Below are positions 51,316 to 61,076 of a DNA stretch of 64,000 nucleotides, one piece after another (the first letter of the stretch is position 1; the number at the start of each line of letters is the position of its first letter). A model generated the notes under the pieces. That model did no database searches, was not told the origin of the DNA, and saw only the letters and a program-made list of their open reading frames with translations. Source of the DNA: Bacilli bacterium. Its GTDB lineage: Bacteria > Bacillota_I > Bacilli_A > ML615J-28 > CAG-313. The stretch is from assembly GCA_017937305.1 (NCBI GenBank), contig JAGBDV010000001.1, forward strand, positions 66,237 through 130,236, given 5' to 3'. The translations under genes were made by a program, and so were the position numbers.

Positions 51316-52278
51316 CTATAGTTCGACAAAAAGACTAGTATATAGTAAATCTACATTTACATGGTAGTTTAGTCTTTCTTCGTACATATTTAATAGTTCT
51401 AAGTCGTCTAGAACTTTTTGTTTATTAATTTGTTCTTCTTTAATATTATTTAATATACTATTAAAGTATTTTACTGGTTCATTGTTTGCTTTCTTAAATA
51501 ATTCTTGATGTATTAAAATAAGAATATCAAAGAAAATCCAGTGCCAACTTTTATCTTTTTCTTGATCTAATAGTTGTTTATTTAAATAGTATTCTACATA
51601 TTGATCACGTTTTTTATATGGTGCTGCAACGATCTTTTTTGCAAGATTGATAAATAATACTAATTTTCCCTCTTCAATAAATTTCTTTGCTTCACCAAAG
51701 TCTGCAGTAATATGACTAATTACATATGCTGCATCTTTATCTACACCCATATTTGTAAGTTGATCTACTATGAATGTTTTAGAGACAGGTTTAAAGTGAA
51801 TATATTGAGTACGTGAAACAATTGTATCTAATAATCTTTTATGATTGTTTGTTAGTAAAATTGCATAGTGATCTTTTGCAGGTTCTTCTAAGAATTTTAA
51901 AAGTGCATTAGCAGCTGATGAATTCATTTTATCAGCATCTTTAATTATATATATTTGTGGGCCTTTTTCTAGACTTGTCATTGAGAAGTCATGCATTAGG
52001 TTTTCCACTTGTTCTTTTCTAATTACATCACCAATAGTTTCTATTAATACAACATTCATATGTGAGTTGTATTCAATTCTTTCACAAATATTACATTTTA
52101 AGCAAGGTGTTTCTGATTCACATAACAGCATCATTGCAAAGTATTTTGCTGCTTCTAAAGTACCAGTACCAGAATCTCCTTCAAATAGATAAGCGTGTAC
52201 TAGTTTATCGCGTTTTTTAGCATTTTGTAATAGTTTTAAAACTTCTTGTTGATTTGTTTTTAATTCTTCATATGTCAT
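51316..52278 (-). CDS. holB: DNA polymerase III delta' subunit
   Basis: HAYLFEG, PC.KC..C, ADKMN.SAANALLKFLEEP, TIVSR. Confidence 0.92.
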   Translation of the reverse strand: MTYEELKTNQQEVLKLLQNAKKRDKLVHAYLFEGDSGTGTLEAAKYFAMMLLCESETPCLKCNICERIEYNSHMNVVLIETIGDVIRKEQVENLMHDFSMTSLEKGPQIYIIKDADKMNSSAANALLKFLEEPAKDHYAILLTNNHKRLLDTIVSRTQYIHFKPVSKTFIVDQLTNMGVDKDAAYVISHITADFGEAKKFIEEGKLVLFINLAKKIVAAPYKKRDQYVEYYLNKQLLDQEKDKSWHWIFFDILILIHQELFKKANNEPVKYFNSILNNIKEEQINKQKVLDDLELLNMYEERLNYHVNVDLLYTSLFVEL

Positions 52279-52919
52279 CCCATACGCTCCTTAATGAATG
52301 GATATAGGACATTTTTAACAGTGTCTAATACTTCTTGTTTAGTTTGTTCTCCATTTACTACAACTACTCTATCTTTAAATAAATCTGCAATTGTAAGATA
52401 GCCTTCATATACTTTTAAATGGAAAGGCATTTTTTCGTGTTCTAAACGGTCCATATCTCTTTCATCTTTTTTAATTCTAGTCATTCCTATTTCAGGATGT
52501 GTACATACTAAAATAGTTAAATCTGGGTATAAACCTTCTGTTGCGAATTGATTCATATTTAATACATTTTCAACGCCTAGTTCTCTTGCAAAACCTTGGT
52601 ATGCAAGTGATGAATCTAAGAATCGATCGCATAAGATAATTTTTCCTGCTTCTAATGCGGGAATGATTGTTTTTGTAATATGTTCTCTACGACTTGCAGC
52701 ATATAGTAATGCTTCAGTTTTTGGATCCATTCCCATATTATCGTTATCTAAGATTAATTCTCTTATTTTTTCTGCAATATAACTTCCACCAGGTTCACGT
52801 GTATAAACTACATCATAACCCATTTCTAAAAGTTCTTGTTTTACTGTTTGTAAAGCACTTGATTTGCCAGAACCATCATTTCCTTCAAATGTAATAAATA
52901 AACCTCTCATAGTACGCAC
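52275..52919 (-). CDS. tmk: Thymidylate kinase (start may be ATG at 52910)
   Basis: FITFEG.DGSGKS, TREPGG, CDRF.DSS.AYQG. Confidence 0.95.
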   Translation of the reverse strand: MRTMRGLFITFEGNDGSGKSSALQTVKQELLEMGYDVVYTREPGGSYIAEKIRELILDNDNMGMDPKTEALLYAASRREHITKTIIPALEAGKIILCDRFLDSSLAYQGFARELGVENVLNMNQFATEGLYPDLTILVCTHPEIGMTRIKKDERDMDRLEHEKMPFHLKVYEGYLTIADLFKDRVVVVNGEQTKQEVLDTVKNVLYPFIKERMG

Positions 52920-53000
52920 TCTCTCCTATTATATATATTATATCAAAAAATATAAATTTTATAAAGTGATATGTTAATTTATAGTTTTTTTATTTTTCCT

Positions 53001-53029
53001 GCATAATTTCATTTATTTATTTAATACTA
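53001..53029 (+). promoter_or_regulatory. sigmaG-like forespore promoter
   Basis: GCATA-N17-AATACTA, matching the B. subtilis sigmaG consensus GHATA-N17/18-MATACTA. Confidence 0.55.
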
Positions 53030-53046
53030 TATAGTGAGGTGAAATT

Positions 53047-53262
53047 ATGAATGATAAAAGAATTAATAAATTAAATGATCGTAAAAGAAAATTAGATCAT
53101 GAATATAATCAAGGAAAAGATTATTTTATGGAAACGAGTATGGAAAATTTTATAGAACCTAATAGGTTGTATAATAATTCAATGTATCAATCATTTGTTA
53201 ATACTTTAAATGAAAAGTATCAAGATGAATCTATAAATGAAAAAAATAGTCCTAGAGATTAG
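53047..53262 (+). CDS. Small hypothetical protein (71 aa), probably forespore-expressed
   Basis: GAGGTG RBS; sigmaG-like promoter; lone + strand gene in a - strand block. Confidence 0.6.
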   Translation: MNDKRINKLNDRKRKLDHEYNQGKDYFMETSMENFIEPNRLYNNSMYQSFVNTLNEKYQDESINEKNSPRD

Positions 53263-53264
53263 GA

Positions 53265-54029
53265 CTATTTTTCAATTTTCTCTATACTACCAATATATTT
53301 TTCATCATAGTGTACTTCCCATAAGTATAAACCCTGAGGAGCTGCTACGAATGGTGCAAGGCGTCTTTCTTTACCATCAAGTATTCTTTTAATATCTTCA
53401 GGTTTAAATCTACCTTCACCTACTTTTAACATTAACGCAACAATGATTCTAACCATATTATACATGAATCCATCACCAATAATAGAAAATTCTAAGATTC
53501 CATTTTCTACTTTTAAAGTGAATGATTCAATTGTTCTTATTGTATTTTTTGTTATTTTGTTTTTAGAAAAACTTTTAAAATCATGTGTTCCTACGATATA
53601 TTCCATTGCGAGTCTAATATTATTAATATTAATACGATCATGGAAAAATAACATATAGTTAGATTTAAGTGGATCAAATTCATTTATCGAAACTAAATAG
53701 CGATATTCTTTTTTTAGCGCACATTTTCTTGAATGAAAGTCATTTGGTACAAATCTTATTTCCTTTATATAAATATGAGGAAAGATATGTTTATTTAATA
53801 CTTTTCTTAAGTTTTCACAAGGAATAAATTGTTCATTATCAAAATGTACTACTTGACCTTTAGCGTGGACGAAGGCATCAGTTCTACCTGCTCCATGAAT
53901 TATTATTTTTGTTTTAAATATGATAGATAGTTTTTCTTCTAAGACTTCTTGAACACTAATTTCATCAGGTTGTCTTTGAAATCCATGGAAAAAACTACCG
54001 TCATAACTTATAATCATTTTGTAACGCAT
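53265..54029 (-). CDS. truA: tRNA pseudouridine(38-40) synthase
   Basis: YDGS.FHGFQ, GRTDA.VHA.GQ, GFMYNMVR. Confidence 0.95.
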   Translation of the reverse strand: MRYKMIISYDGSFFHGFQRQPDEISVQEVLEEKLSIIFKTKIIIHGAGRTDAFVHAKGQVVHFDNEQFIPCENLRKVLNKHIFPHIYIKEIRFVPNDFHSRKCALKKEYRYLVSINEFDPLKSNYMLFFHDRININNIRLAMEYIVGTHDFKSFSKNKITKNTIRTIESFTLKVENGILEFSIIGDGFMYNMVRIIVALMLKVGEGRFKPEDIKRILDGKERRLAPFVAAPQGLYLWEVHYDEKYIGSIEKIEK

Positions 54030-55033
54030 TATATCACACTAACTACAATTATTGATGTAACAATAACTATTGTAACAATAAAACTAAATAGATCACTTAA
54101 GCTAAATTTCATAACATTTAATTTACTACGAGGAGCTCCAGGGATATATCCTCTTGCTTCCATGGCATCTGCTAAATCAGCTGCACGTTTAAATGATATT
54201 ACCAACATTGGAATTAATAATGAAATTATTTGTCCAATTTGTTGTTTAAGTGTTCCTTCTTTAAAATCAACACCACGACTTGATTGTGCTTTTAAGATTT
54301 TTCCTGTTTCGTTAAATAATGTAGGTATAAATCTAAGTGCTAAACTTATAATCATTGCGAAAATACTTACATTAATTTTTAAGTATGTAAGTGGATGTAA
54401 ATACCATTCTATTGCACTTGTAAGATCAGTTGGTTTAGTGGTAAGTGTTAAAACTGTTGAAAGCATAATTACTAGGAATATTCTCATAAAGAAAAATGCT
54501 CCATTAAATAAACCATCTTCATATAGATTTAAAGTAACAGTAGTAAAGCTATATCCTAAATCATATGTAAGTAGATAAATTGATAAACATGTAAGAATTA
54601 AGAATACTATTAGTTTACATGGAATAAATTTTCTAAAGATTATAAATAATATAATCCATAATAAAATTATTCCAAGGCCTAGTATACTTAAGTTTAGATT
54701 TAGATTAGGGATTAAGATTTTATCTCCTTGGGGAGTAAGTAGTTGAATAATAAATGTAAATACAAATAAGAATGCTAGTTGTTTTAAACTATTTAAATAT
54801 TTAAGTAGTGAGATTTTAGTAAATAAGACAATTATTAAAATTATTACAGCAAATACTAAAAGCATAACAAATGATGCAAGGCGTCCAAAACTATTATTAA
54901 CTGGTTTAGGTATTAAAAATACTGAAACCATTAATAACATTAGTGATAATAATTTAGTACGAGGATCAAGTTTATGAATTATACTTTTTCCATCAACATA
55001 TTGACCAAGTGCAATATTATTCATTAATGTCAC
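54029..55033 (-). CDS. ecfT: ECF transporter T component
   Basis: GQY....S.IHKLDPR.K, LRFIPTL, AQSSRG, AMEARG. Confidence 0.93.
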   Translation of the reverse strand: MTLMNNIALGQYVDGKSIIHKLDPRTKLLSLMLLMVSVFLIPKPVNNSFGRLASFVMLLVFAVIILIIVLFTKISLLKYLNSLKQLAFLFVFTFIIQLLTPQGDKILIPNLNLNLSILGLGIILLWIILFIIFRKFIPCKLIVFLILTCLSIYLLTYDLGYSFTTVTLNLYEDGLFNGAFFFMRIFLVIMLSTVLTLTTKPTDLTSAIEWYLHPLTYLKINVSIFAMIISLALRFIPTLFNETGKILKAQSSRGVDFKEGTLKQQIGQIISLLIPMLVISFKRAADLADAMEARGYIPGAPRSKLNVMKFSLSDLFSFIVTIVIVTSIIVVSVI

Positions 55034-55964
55034 CTCCTAGTATCACAGTTTCTAATTCTTCTTTTGATAAAGGAAGATGTGTATAATTAATAAGTCCTTT
55101 TTCTTTTAGTTTTACTGCAAGATTTGCAGAAGTAGGTAAGTCTAAATTAAATTTATGTAAACGTTCAATATTTCCAAATAAATCACGTTTATTTCCATCA
55201 AATACTAGTTTCCCTTGATCCATTACAATTACACGTTTTGCATATTTTCCAACCACGTTCATATCATGAGTAATCATAATAATAGTTTTTGAAGTTTCTT
55301 TTTGAATATTTACAAGTAAGCTCATTAATTCATCTTTACCTTTTGGATCTAGTCCTACTGTTGGTTCATCTAGCACAATAACATCCGGATTAAGTGCAAT
55401 TATTCCTGCTATTGCAACTCTTCTCATTTGTCCACCAGATAAGCTAAATGGACTTTTTTCAAGTACATCTTTTGGAAGTCCTACAATTGTACAAGCTTTC
55501 TTTGCTTCAAGGCGAGCTTCTTCATCAGATAAACCAAAGTTCTTAGGCCCAAACATTACATCTTTTAAAACTGTTGATTCAAATAATTGATATTCAGGAA
55601 ATTGGAATACTAAACCAATGTGTTTTCTTAAGTCTTTTAGGTGGCTTGAATAAATTACTTTATTACCACGTGCAAATAATTTTTTATTATCAATGAAATT
55701 ATATTTAAGTCTATTTTTCTTTGTGTTTAATTTATAAGGGTGTTTTACTACTTTAATAACATTTTTATCAAAGACAGTAATTTGACCGCTTGTTGGAAGG
55801 AGTAATGCATTCATGTTTTGGACTAATGTACTTTTTCCACTTCCGGTATGTCCTAATATACAAATGAATTCATTTTTTTCTGATATTTCTAAGCTTACTT
55901 CTTTTAGTGTTAGAGGTGCATTATATGAGTATTTATAATTTACTCGTTGAAAGTTAATTCCCAT
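55017..55964 (-). CDS. ecfA2: ECF transporter ATPase A2
   Basis: GHTGSGKST, FQFPEYQLF, SPF.LSGGQMRR; basic insertion before the Q-loop. Confidence 0.92.
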   Translation of the reverse strand: MGINFQRVNYKYSYNAPLTLKEVSLEISEKNEFICILGHTGSGKSTLVQNMNALLLPTSGQITVFDKNVIKVVKHPYKLNTKKNRLKYNFIDNKKLFARGNKVIYSSHLKDLRKHIGLVFQFPEYQLFESTVLKDVMFGPKNFGLSDEEARLEAKKACTIVGLPKDVLEKSPFSLSGGQMRRVAIAGIIALNPDVIVLDEPTVGLDPKGKDELMSLLVNIQKETSKTIIMITHDMNVVGKYAKRVIVMDQGKLVFDGNKRDLFGNIERLHKFNLDLPTSANLAVKLKEKGLINYTHLPLSKEELETVILGGDINE

Positions 55965-56749
55965 AATGCTTCCTCTATTAAAGATTTGTTTTTATATTCT
56001 TTATTTTTTAAGTTATGAATAATTGAAACACTTTCCATTGTTTTTAAGCCACTTGCCTCTAACACTAATTCGTTCTTAAAAACTTCTTTTGGTGTTCCAT
56101 CTGCAACAACAAATCCATTGTTTAATACTATTATTCTATCAGCATAACTTGCTTCTTCTAAATCATGCGTAATTACAATAATAGTTTTATTGTTTTCTTT
56201 TTTAATCTTCTTAATCATTTCGTTTACTTCTTTAGTTCCTTTTGGATCTAGCATTGAAGTAGATTCATCAAAAATCATTAGTTCACATTCTAAAGCAAGG
56301 GCTCCAGCTATTGCGACACGTTGTTTTTGACCTCCTGATAATTCTTCAGGAGCATGATCGATAAAATCTTCCATACTTACTAATTTTAAATATTTATGAA
56401 TTCTTTCTTCCATTACCTCACGAGGTAAATTTTTATTTTCTAGTCCAAATGCAATATCATCTTTAACAGTTACACCAACAAACTGATTATCTGGATTTTG
56501 GAAGATAATACTCATATGATTTCTACATTCATCAATTGTTTCTTGAGAAAGTAATTTATCGTTAATATATATTTCACCACTACTAACTTCTAAAAGTCCC
56601 ATCATAATTTTTGCGATAGTACTTTTACCACTTCCATTATGTCCAAGTATTGCAACCATTTCACCATCGTTAATTGTAAGGTTAAAGTTTTTTAATACAA
56701 CACTTTCTTCATCATAAGAAAAATTAACATTATTAAATCTTACTTTCAT
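55940..56749 (-). CDS. ecfA1: ECF transporter ATPase A1
   Basis: GHNGSGKST, FQNPDNQF, LSGGQKQR; start MKVRF at 56749 behind AGGAG. Confidence 0.92.
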   Translation of the reverse strand: MKVRFNNVNFSYDEESVVLKNFNLTINDGEMVAILGHNGSGKSTIAKIMMGLLEVSSGEIYINDKLLSQETIDECRNHMSIIFQNPDNQFVGVTVKDDIAFGLENKNLPREVMEERIHKYLKLVSMEDFIDHAPEELSGGQKQRVAIAGALALECELMIFDESTSMLDPKGTKEVNEMIKKIKKENNKTIIVITHDLEEASYADRIIVLNNGFVVADGTPKEVFKNELVLEASGLKTMESVSIIHNLKNKEYKNKSLIEEALWELTFNE

Positions 56750-56883
56750 ATGGAACTCCTTTCTTTTAGTATATTTTTTATTTATATATATTATAGCATA
56801 TTTTTCTTTATTATTCAATTGCAATGGAATAAAAGAAAAAAGATTGTTAAATATATATCATACTTAACAATCATATCATTTAA

Positions 56884-58005
56884 TTATTTACTTTTTATAA
56901 ACACTGTATATAAAAATTCAATTTCTTCTTCTAATTTGTTTATTGCAATTTCATGATGTTCGCATAAATCATCTAATAAATCAACACCATATAAAACAAA
57001 TTGTTCAAAGTCATCCATATTATTTTCTAAGATACTTTCATAACACGCAACAAAATAATCACCAAGACCTTCATCGTTTTCAACAATATCTCCAAATGAT
57101 TCAATTATATCTTTAACAAGTGATGCATAATAAATTAAATCTTTATATTTAACCACATATTCAATTCCATATAAATCAAATATACGGTGTAGTTCAGATA
57201 AATAAATATTATAATAGTTAGTTAGTTCAATTATTAACGCATCAATAATGTCTTCATTATTTTCATCAAATATTACTTGCTTATCTCTTTTTGCGAAAAC
57301 TAATTTTAAAATAACATTCTCTAATTTTAGTAATCTATTATATAAAGATATATCTTCTTTTTCCATTAACTTAAATAATTCTTCGAAACTTCCCATATTA
57401 TTTAAGAAATCTTGAATAGCACCTTCAATAAATTCTTCTTTATTTGGTGTTTGATCAGATATAAGAGTTTTTACAATCTTGAATATTATAATACTTGGAT
57501 AAAAACCATCATATGTCTTTGATATTTCTGTTATTTTATTAGATATATATTCTGAATAACTTTCAGTTACTTCTGCTTTATTATATAAAATATCATTTAA
57601 TTCTTTTAATTCATCTTTTACCCATGAAGAATCCATATTCTTACTTTCAACAAACATCAATAAATCTTCTAAAATAGAGATATAATAAACTACAATTATA
57701 TAATTATTAAAAAGTTCCACATCTTCATTTAATATTTTATAATATACTAAATCTAAAAACTCTATTGTATATTTAATTTTATTAATAATTGAATTTAAAA
57801 AATCCTCGTGTTCAAAATAATCAATTACATCATCAGATAATATAATATCACTTTTATTATCATAATAATATTTTAAACTATCAATTATACCTTCAAATAA
57901 TGAATCAACATATTCACAATTATTATAAATAACTTCTAGTTTTTCTTTTACTGTATCATAATATTCAAAAAAATCTAAATAAATCTTTTCTATTTCCTTA
58001 GTCAT
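56884..58005 (-). CDS. Hypothetical acidic helical protein with two tandem domains
   Basis: Start MTKEIE at 58005 behind AAAGGTG; both halves resemble 18328-18867. Confidence 0.65.
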   Translation of the reverse strand: MTKEIEKIYLDFFEYYDTVKEKLEVIYNNCEYVDSLFEGIIDSLKYYYDNKSDIILSDDVIDYFEHEDFLNSIINKIKYTIEFLDLVYYKILNEDVELFNNYIIVVYYISILEDLLMFVESKNMDSSWVKDELKELNDILYNKAEVTESYSEYISNKITEISKTYDGFYPSIIIFKIVKTLISDQTPNKEEFIEGAIQDFLNNMGSFEELFKLMEKEDISLYNRLLKLENVILKLVFAKRDKQVIFDENNEDIIDALIIELTNYYNIYLSELHRIFDLYGIEYVVKYKDLIYYASLVKDIIESFGDIVENDEGLGDYFVACYESILENNMDDFEQFVLYGVDLLDDLCEHHEIAINKLEEEIEFLYTVFIKSK

Positions 58006-58260
58006 CTTTTCACCTTTATATATATATTTAATACTGTTATTTACCTTCATATACATTATACTATAAAATAATAAAAAAAGATAGCATAAGAAATAAAATA
58101 TAAATGTTTATTATATACTTAATGAAACTTTCTTTTAAATGATGAAAAACTAATACTCTATTCTTCTATTAAATTATATATATTTTTTATAATATTAATA
58201 AGATAAAGTAAATTAAAATATAAAAAAAGATTTTTAGGTTTCCCTAAAAATCTAATTTTT

Positions 58261-60669
58261 TTACTTATTAGGATCTTCAGTTAATACTGGTTCCCAAACA
58301 CTTACTCCTAAGAAACTACTAGAAGTTGGTGTACTACTATAATAGTTATTTGAAGCATTAATTACACTTGTAGATTCATTCTTAATATGATAAGTAGCTT
58401 TTGAATTTAAAATTGAGTTATTATGAAGTTCTGCAGTAAATTTTGTTGCTCCGCTAGCCATTCTTAATAGCATATAAGAATTATCAACAACGTTGTTTTC
58501 CATTAAAATACTTGATCCTGTGTGTCCGGATGTTACGCCAGCAATATATAATGCTCCATGACTACCAGCTGTTTGTCCACAATTAGTGAAAATATTATTT
58601 GAAACATTAATAGAAACATTAGAACAGTTAGCAAACCATAAAAGATATTGTCCGTAATCTTTAAATGTATTTCCAGTGAATGTAATATTACCTTGAAGAC
58701 CATAGTTACCATAACTTGAAGAAATAATTTTGATTGCATCAGTATATAAAGTTTTGTCTGAACTTCCCAAGAAAACAGAATCTTTAACTGTAAAATTATT
58801 TATACCATAACCATAGAATAAAGTAGGGCGTTTTGGTGAATTTTCCACTTTAAAATTAGAAATTATTAAATTGTTAACTTCATTTCCTTTACTGCCTAAA
58901 CATTTAAATAAACCATTTGAATTTGAACTAAATAATGATTGTTTAGCAATGATAGTATATGATAATGTACAATTTGAAATTCCAGCAGAAATCAAAACAG
59001 ACTCAGTTGTGCCTAATAATTGATCTGAAAGATAAAAACCATTAAATGTTACATTGCTTGCACTTACAGTTATTTTCTTAATAATAGACTCATTTTGTCT
59101 ACTGCCAGTATTTGGATCAACATCCGCATTAGCTCCTAATAAAGTAATGCCAGAAACAGAAATATTTACATTTTCGTTAAACTCATCTCCAAATGAATAA
59201 ATTACATCATTTTCATTAGCTACAGCTAAAGCTGAATTAATACTTGTGAATGCATTGACACCAGCAGTATATTCAACACCATTTACTATAAATTTACCAT
59301 TTTTAAAATCTTGACAAACAACAATATTAGGATTATATTTTTCTAATATTGTTTTATCAGTTGAAGTTATTTCAACTACAACCGGAGCATCCATAATCCA
59401 TAAAGCATATAAATCTTTATTTCCATGAGAATTAGTTGGAATAGAAGTAATTGCTGTTCCTTCACAATCCACAGTATCAAACCAACCACCAAATTTACCA
59501 TTAACTATTGTAAGATTATCAGCAGTTGGTAATACAATTTCACTTGATTCATAATTATAAGAAGTTACAAGTGTAGAATTGCAAGCTCCAGCACCTAAAT
59601 GATAATTTATAGAATAATTTGTTGGTGTAAATTTAGCAAATAAAGAACGAGATAAACCTTGCTTAGTAATAGATTCACCACTTAAACTTTCGTTTTCAAA
59701 CCATCCTTTAAAATCATAAAATTCTTTAGTAGCAATAGGAAGTATTTCTCCACCGCCATAGTGACTCTTATTGCCAAATAAACTTAAATCTTCAAACATA
59801 CGAACTTTTACGTTACAAGTAGATGTATTAGGTACATCAAAATCAGCATATAAGTTTAATGCTTTTTCTCCCATTGTAACTATTTTCTTAATTGTTGCAT
59901 GAGCAGTCTTATCTGTACATGTTGAAGAACTTTCAAATGCACCAATAACATAATCATAGTCAGTACCAGAATACTTATCACCCGAAGTTGCTACTGCAAC
60001 AACTTTGTATAAATCTAATTCTTCAATATATTTGAAATATATTTTATACCAATATAGACCAGTAGCACCTGAAGGGTTAGAAGAAGGACTCATACCAATA
60101 TAATAACCAGTTCCACTTCCTGTGTTATATCTAGTAACAGCATATTGATAATCTGCTACTAATTCTCCACCATTTAAATTAAATGTAGTTTCACTTGCGT
60201 CATATACAGCTTTTACAAAGTCACCTTCAGTACCTTTTTCGTAAGCTTCAACTGCAACTTCTGATAAGTTTCTTGTAACTACATTTTCAGAATATGTATA
60301 AACTTCTCCTGTTTTTACATAAGCTCTTACAGTAATGTCTTGCACAGCAGCACTCTTAGGGAAGTTAATCATGGTAGCATGGTAAGTTCCATCTTCTTTT
60401 AACCCTTCAACTTCTTGTGCAACAACATTTGCAGTGTCTTTATTTAATTGTTCAGCAGTAAGTTCTCCTTGTGCAAATAAGAAACCATATACTTGGCCTT
60501 CTGCAGCATTTTCAACTTTTGCTTCCCATCTTAAACCGTTATTTCCATCAGTTCTAATTTGTACGCCATCAGTTAAAGCAACACTTGTTTCGCCTTCAGC
60601 TTTTACTAACACTACACTTAGTGATAGAACCATAAAAACAACTAATAAACTTAAAAATATTTTTTTCAT
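58261..60669 (-). CDS. Secreted protein: shared N-terminal beta domain, InlB-B/Listeria-Bacteroides-like repeats, C-terminal beta-helix (pectin-lyase-like)
   Basis: Signal peptide VKA|E; GVQIR..GLRW..YGF..NFPKS..RAYV; FNLNGG / LP...F.GWF repeats; Asn/Ser beta-helix periodicity. Confidence 0.78.
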   Translation of the reverse strand: MKKIFLSLLVVFMVLSLSVVLVKAEGETSVALTDGVQIRTDGNNGLRWEAKVENAAEGQVYGFLFAQGELTAEQLNKDTANVVAQEVEGLKEDGTYHATMINFPKSAAVQDITVRAYVKTGEVYTYSENVVTRNLSEVAVEAYEKGTEGDFVKAVYDASETTFNLNGGELVADYQYAVTRYNTGSGTGYYIGMSPSSNPSGATGLYWYKIYFKYIEELDLYKVVAVATSGDKYSGTDYDYVIGAFESSSTCTDKTAHATIKKIVTMGEKALNLYADFDVPNTSTCNVKVRMFEDLSLFGNKSHYGGGEILPIATKEFYDFKGWFENESLSGESITKQGLSRSLFAKFTPTNYSINYHLGAGACNSTLVTSYNYESSEIVLPTADNLTIVNGKFGGWFDTVDCEGTAITSIPTNSHGNKDLYALWIMDAPVVVEITSTDKTILEKYNPNIVVCQDFKNGKFIVNGVEYTAGVNAFTSINSALAVANENDVIYSFGDEFNENVNISVSGITLLGANADVDPNTGSRQNESIIKKITVSASNVTFNGFYLSDQLLGTTESVLISAGISNCTLSYTIIAKQSLFSSNSNGLFKCLGSKGNEVNNLIISNFKVENSPKRPTLFYGYGINNFTVKDSVFLGSSDKTLYTDAIKIISSSYGNYGLQGNITFTGNTFKDYGQYLLWFANCSNVSINVSNNIFTNCGQTAGSHGALYIAGVTSGHTGSSILMENNVVDNSYMLLRMASGATKFTAELHNNSILNSKATYHIKNESTSVINASNNYYSSTPTSSSFLGVSVWEPVLTEDPNK

Positions 60670-60679
60670 AAGTTACCTC

Positions 60680-60811
60680 CTATTCGAAGAAACCTGAATC
60701 ATCATTGCTATCTTTCCAAGGATAATCAAAGATTGTACTTGAATTAGCAGTTTCAATTTCAGTTTCGTATTCAATAATTTCGATAGAAGGAGTTTCATAA
60801 TTTTTATTCAT
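60680..60811 (-). CDS. Unannotated 43-aa RiPP-precursor-like peptide MNKNYETPSIEIIEYETEIETANSSTIFDYPWKDSNDDSGFFE
   Basis: Manual translation; GGAG RBS; TAG stop overlaps the next gene's GGAGG RBS; paralog of 21656-21781. Confidence 0.8.
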   Translation of the reverse strand: MNKNYETPSIEIIEYETEIETANSSTIFDYPWKDSNDDSGFFE

Positions 60812-60989
60812 TTTCTTTCTCTCCATATCTTAAAATTATAGTAAGTATTAATAGGTAAACAATTTTGTCGCCTAATTTATTTAGGTTCTGCAAAAAAGTT
60901 TATCTTTTTTTAAGCTTTTTTAATTACTTCTTACTTCATTTTGCCAGTAATAAAAAAGTTTACCTTTTTAAGACATATACTACATATGT

Positions 60990-60998
60990 ATTTTATCA
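60990..60998 (-). promoter_or_regulatory. Extended -10 promoter for the peptide/802-aa operon
   Basis: TGATAAAAT downstream of the upstream gene's terminator. Confidence 0.5.
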
Positions 60999-61013
60999 TA
61001 TTGTGTAAGAAAA

Positions 61014-61027
61014 AGAAAGCGTTTACA
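61014..61027 (-). promoter_or_regulatory. cre-like (CcpA/LacI-family) operator
   Basis: TGTAAACGCTTTCT fits TGWNANCGNTNWCW and overlaps the expected -35. Confidence 0.55.
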
Positions 61028-61040
61028 TATTTTTTTATAA

Positions 61041-61070
61041 AAAATTAGGGTTCTACTTATGTAGAACCCT
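61041..61070 (-). terminator. Intrinsic terminator
   Basis: AGGGTTCTAC-ATAA-GTAGAACCCT plus U-rich tail. Confidence 0.85.
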
Positions 61071-61076
61071 TAAATT

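Noticed and set aside
53949-54578. 209-aa + strand ORF
   Set aside because: Antisense to ecfT/truA, no recognisable features
60840-60975. Canonical c-di-GMP-I riboswitch
   Set aside because: Lacks the GxCGCAAA junction and a clean GNRA-capped stem; kept only as an unclassified structured leader
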